A stretch of DNA of 45,165 bases, taken from positions 1 through 45,165 of the forward strand of contig CAZMBV010000001.1 in the NCBI GenBank assembly GCA_964564335.1. Direction: 5' to 3'. The notes beneath the pieces are model-generated. The model was not told the origin of the DNA. It worked only from the letters and a program-made list of their open reading frames with translations, and searched no databases. This DNA is from an uncultured archaeon. GTDB taxonomy: Archaea; Asgardarchaeota; Thorarchaeia; Thorarchaeales; Thorarchaeaceae. Positions 43,878 to 45,165 of this stretch are shown one piece after another; positions within the stretch are counted from its first letter, which is position 1; every line of letters begins with the position of its first letter. A program made the translations under genes and the position numbers.

Positions 43878-45165
43878 CTAATTCCGGTCGAGTCTTCCAG
43901 TTATTGCTAGCCACAAGATGACGAACCCAATTGAAATTAATCCATATGAGGGGTCTAGAACCGGGAAGTCAACAAGCATCAACGGGAATCTGATTAATAT
44001 GTAAGCAAGCAATCCGATTGAAATCCCCAACGGCCGCATCCTTCCAGATGTGTCTGATTGTTTCATTCTTCTCCAAACCCTGTAGAAAATGATTACAGGT
44101 ATGAAGAACATTGCCATTACTGGGACAACTAGATAGATCCACCGCATAACTGCAACACTAATAGGTGCAGGATATGCCGACGCCGTAAGCATGATTGCAG
44201 GTATATAGATAATCAGAGGAATAGATGCTGACGTACGATATCCTGCTGCCAATATTGCAAATACTGCAAAGACAACAAGTGCAAACGATGATGCTACTAA
44301 GTCAAAGTAAATCGATATCTCTTTGTCAAAGCTTCCTATACTACCTAATATTCCGACAACTTGCCCAGCTGTAAACGATGCAAAAATAACCATAAGGAGT
44401 GCTGTGGGTGTTTGCTTTGTTTCTCTCCATCTTCCATAGGAATAAGAAGCGGACCCAGCTGTAAACATAATTGCTATTGCACCAACTATTCCTATCGTCA
44501 TGATAGAGATATCCGCTGTATATGCAGAGTTTAACAAAGCAGTGATTACAACTACCGGTGCTGCAAAGCTTGCTCCGTAACCTACTAATTCGCCTGAAAT
44601 TTTCTGGTCTGGTCGCAGAAATGCAAAGGCAATCATAGCAGGTCCCATGAGTGTGAAAATAACGATAATATTGATTATTCCGATAGGAAGCAGCTCATAT
44701 AGACCCGGAATTGCAAATACCTGAACAATCATTGCATAGCCTAACGCTAAGCTTGTGCTCCTTTTTGTATCATAGGCAATCCATGAGAAGAGAAACGCGA
44801 TTGCTCCAAGTAAAATCATTGTGAGCACGTAACCAAAATTAATCAATGAATCTGCATAACTACTAACACGACTTCCTTCAAGGGTTATAACTGCGTTGAA
44901 CATCAATAGATATGCTACAACTAACATAACAATCATGAACACACCGATGAGCCTTTGCTGCATAATGATTGCCGCTGAAATTGCTAAGAAGAATAATTCT
45001 ACGAGGGTAATATAATACAGGAGAAAGTAATACGTATCTGCAACCTCTCCGAACACTGTGATTTGAATCCACGGAACTCGAACTAAAAGTTCCCAGTATG
45101 TTAGTAATAATCCAATTGCGAAGATAATCAAACCTATCGCGAAAAGATAGAGGGGTCTGAATGCT
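43878..45165 (-). CDS. Polytopic membrane protein, unassigned family (5' end beyond the window)
   Basis: About 12 hydrophobic helices. The track starts at a TTG (45131), but the frame stays open to the window edge (AFRPLYLFAIG...), so the gene may continue upstream. Confidence 0.55.
   Translation of the reverse strand, partial: AFRPLYLFAIGLIIFAIGLLLTYWELLVRVPWIQITVFGEVADTYYFLLYYITLVELFFLAISAAIIMQQRLIGVFMIVMLVVAYLLMFNAVITLEGSRVSSYADSLINFGYVLTMILLGAIAFLFSWIAYDTKRSTSLALGYAMIVQVFAIPGLYELLPIGIINIIVIFTLMGPAMIAFAFLRPDQKISGELVGYGASFAAPVVVITALLNSAYTADISIMTIGIVGAIAIMFTAGSASYSYGRWRETKQTPTALLMVIFASFTAGQVVGILGSIGSFDKEISIYFDLVASSFALVVFAVFAILAAGYRTSASIPLIIYIPAIMLTASAYPAPISVAVMRWIYLVVPVMAMFFIPVIIFYRVWRRMKQSDTSGRMRPLGISIGLLAYILIRFPLMLVDFPVLDPSYGLISIGFVILWLAITGRLDRN

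Overview
This is a 45.2-kb AT-rich segment (about 37-43% GC in most hand-counted lines). It reads as archaeal chromosome, most plausibly from an Asgard-type archaeon. The supporting genes are a Rab-like small GTPase, an MtrH-like methyltransferase, an HdrABC/MvhD-type cluster, TRASH/YHS metal-binding domains and a beta-helix surface glycoprotein with a poly-Thr linker and TM anchor. GGAGG-type ribosome-binding sites and many overlapping stop/start junctions are also present. Layout: (i) 0.2-5.4 kb holds assorted enzymes: tandem SRPBCC protein, polyprenol kinase-like membrane protein, MtrH-like, Fpg/Nei-like, SDR and nitroreductase. (ii) 5.5-24.4 kb is a signalling island with five PAS/GAF histidine kinases, two tandem-receiver proteins, a wHTH-multi-PAS regulator and an ABC-2 exporter. 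It includes an inverted pair of paralogous regulator+kinase modules and a near-perfect 531-bp in-frame tandem duplication inside one kinase. (iii) 24.4-34.2 kb is a tightly coupled minus-strand operon: hdrC, hdrB, hdrA, HdrA-like::MvhD, ferredoxin::MvhD, a giant HdrA::GltD/NfnB-like protein, then a QueG-like Fe-S protein. No hydrogenase or formate dehydrogenase is in view; I consider this the best candidate for an undescribed redox system. (iv) 34.3-45.2 kb holds a DUF3795 fusion, an AlkD-like and a YcaQ/AlkZ-like DNA glycosylase flanking the surface glycoprotein, the small GTPase, CopA with twin C-terminal TRASH domains, a GNAT and an unassigned polytopic membrane protein that runs off the window. 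I saw no rRNA, tRNA, CRISPR array, transposase or integrase. All family calls come from motif recognition by eye; no database search or computation was run.
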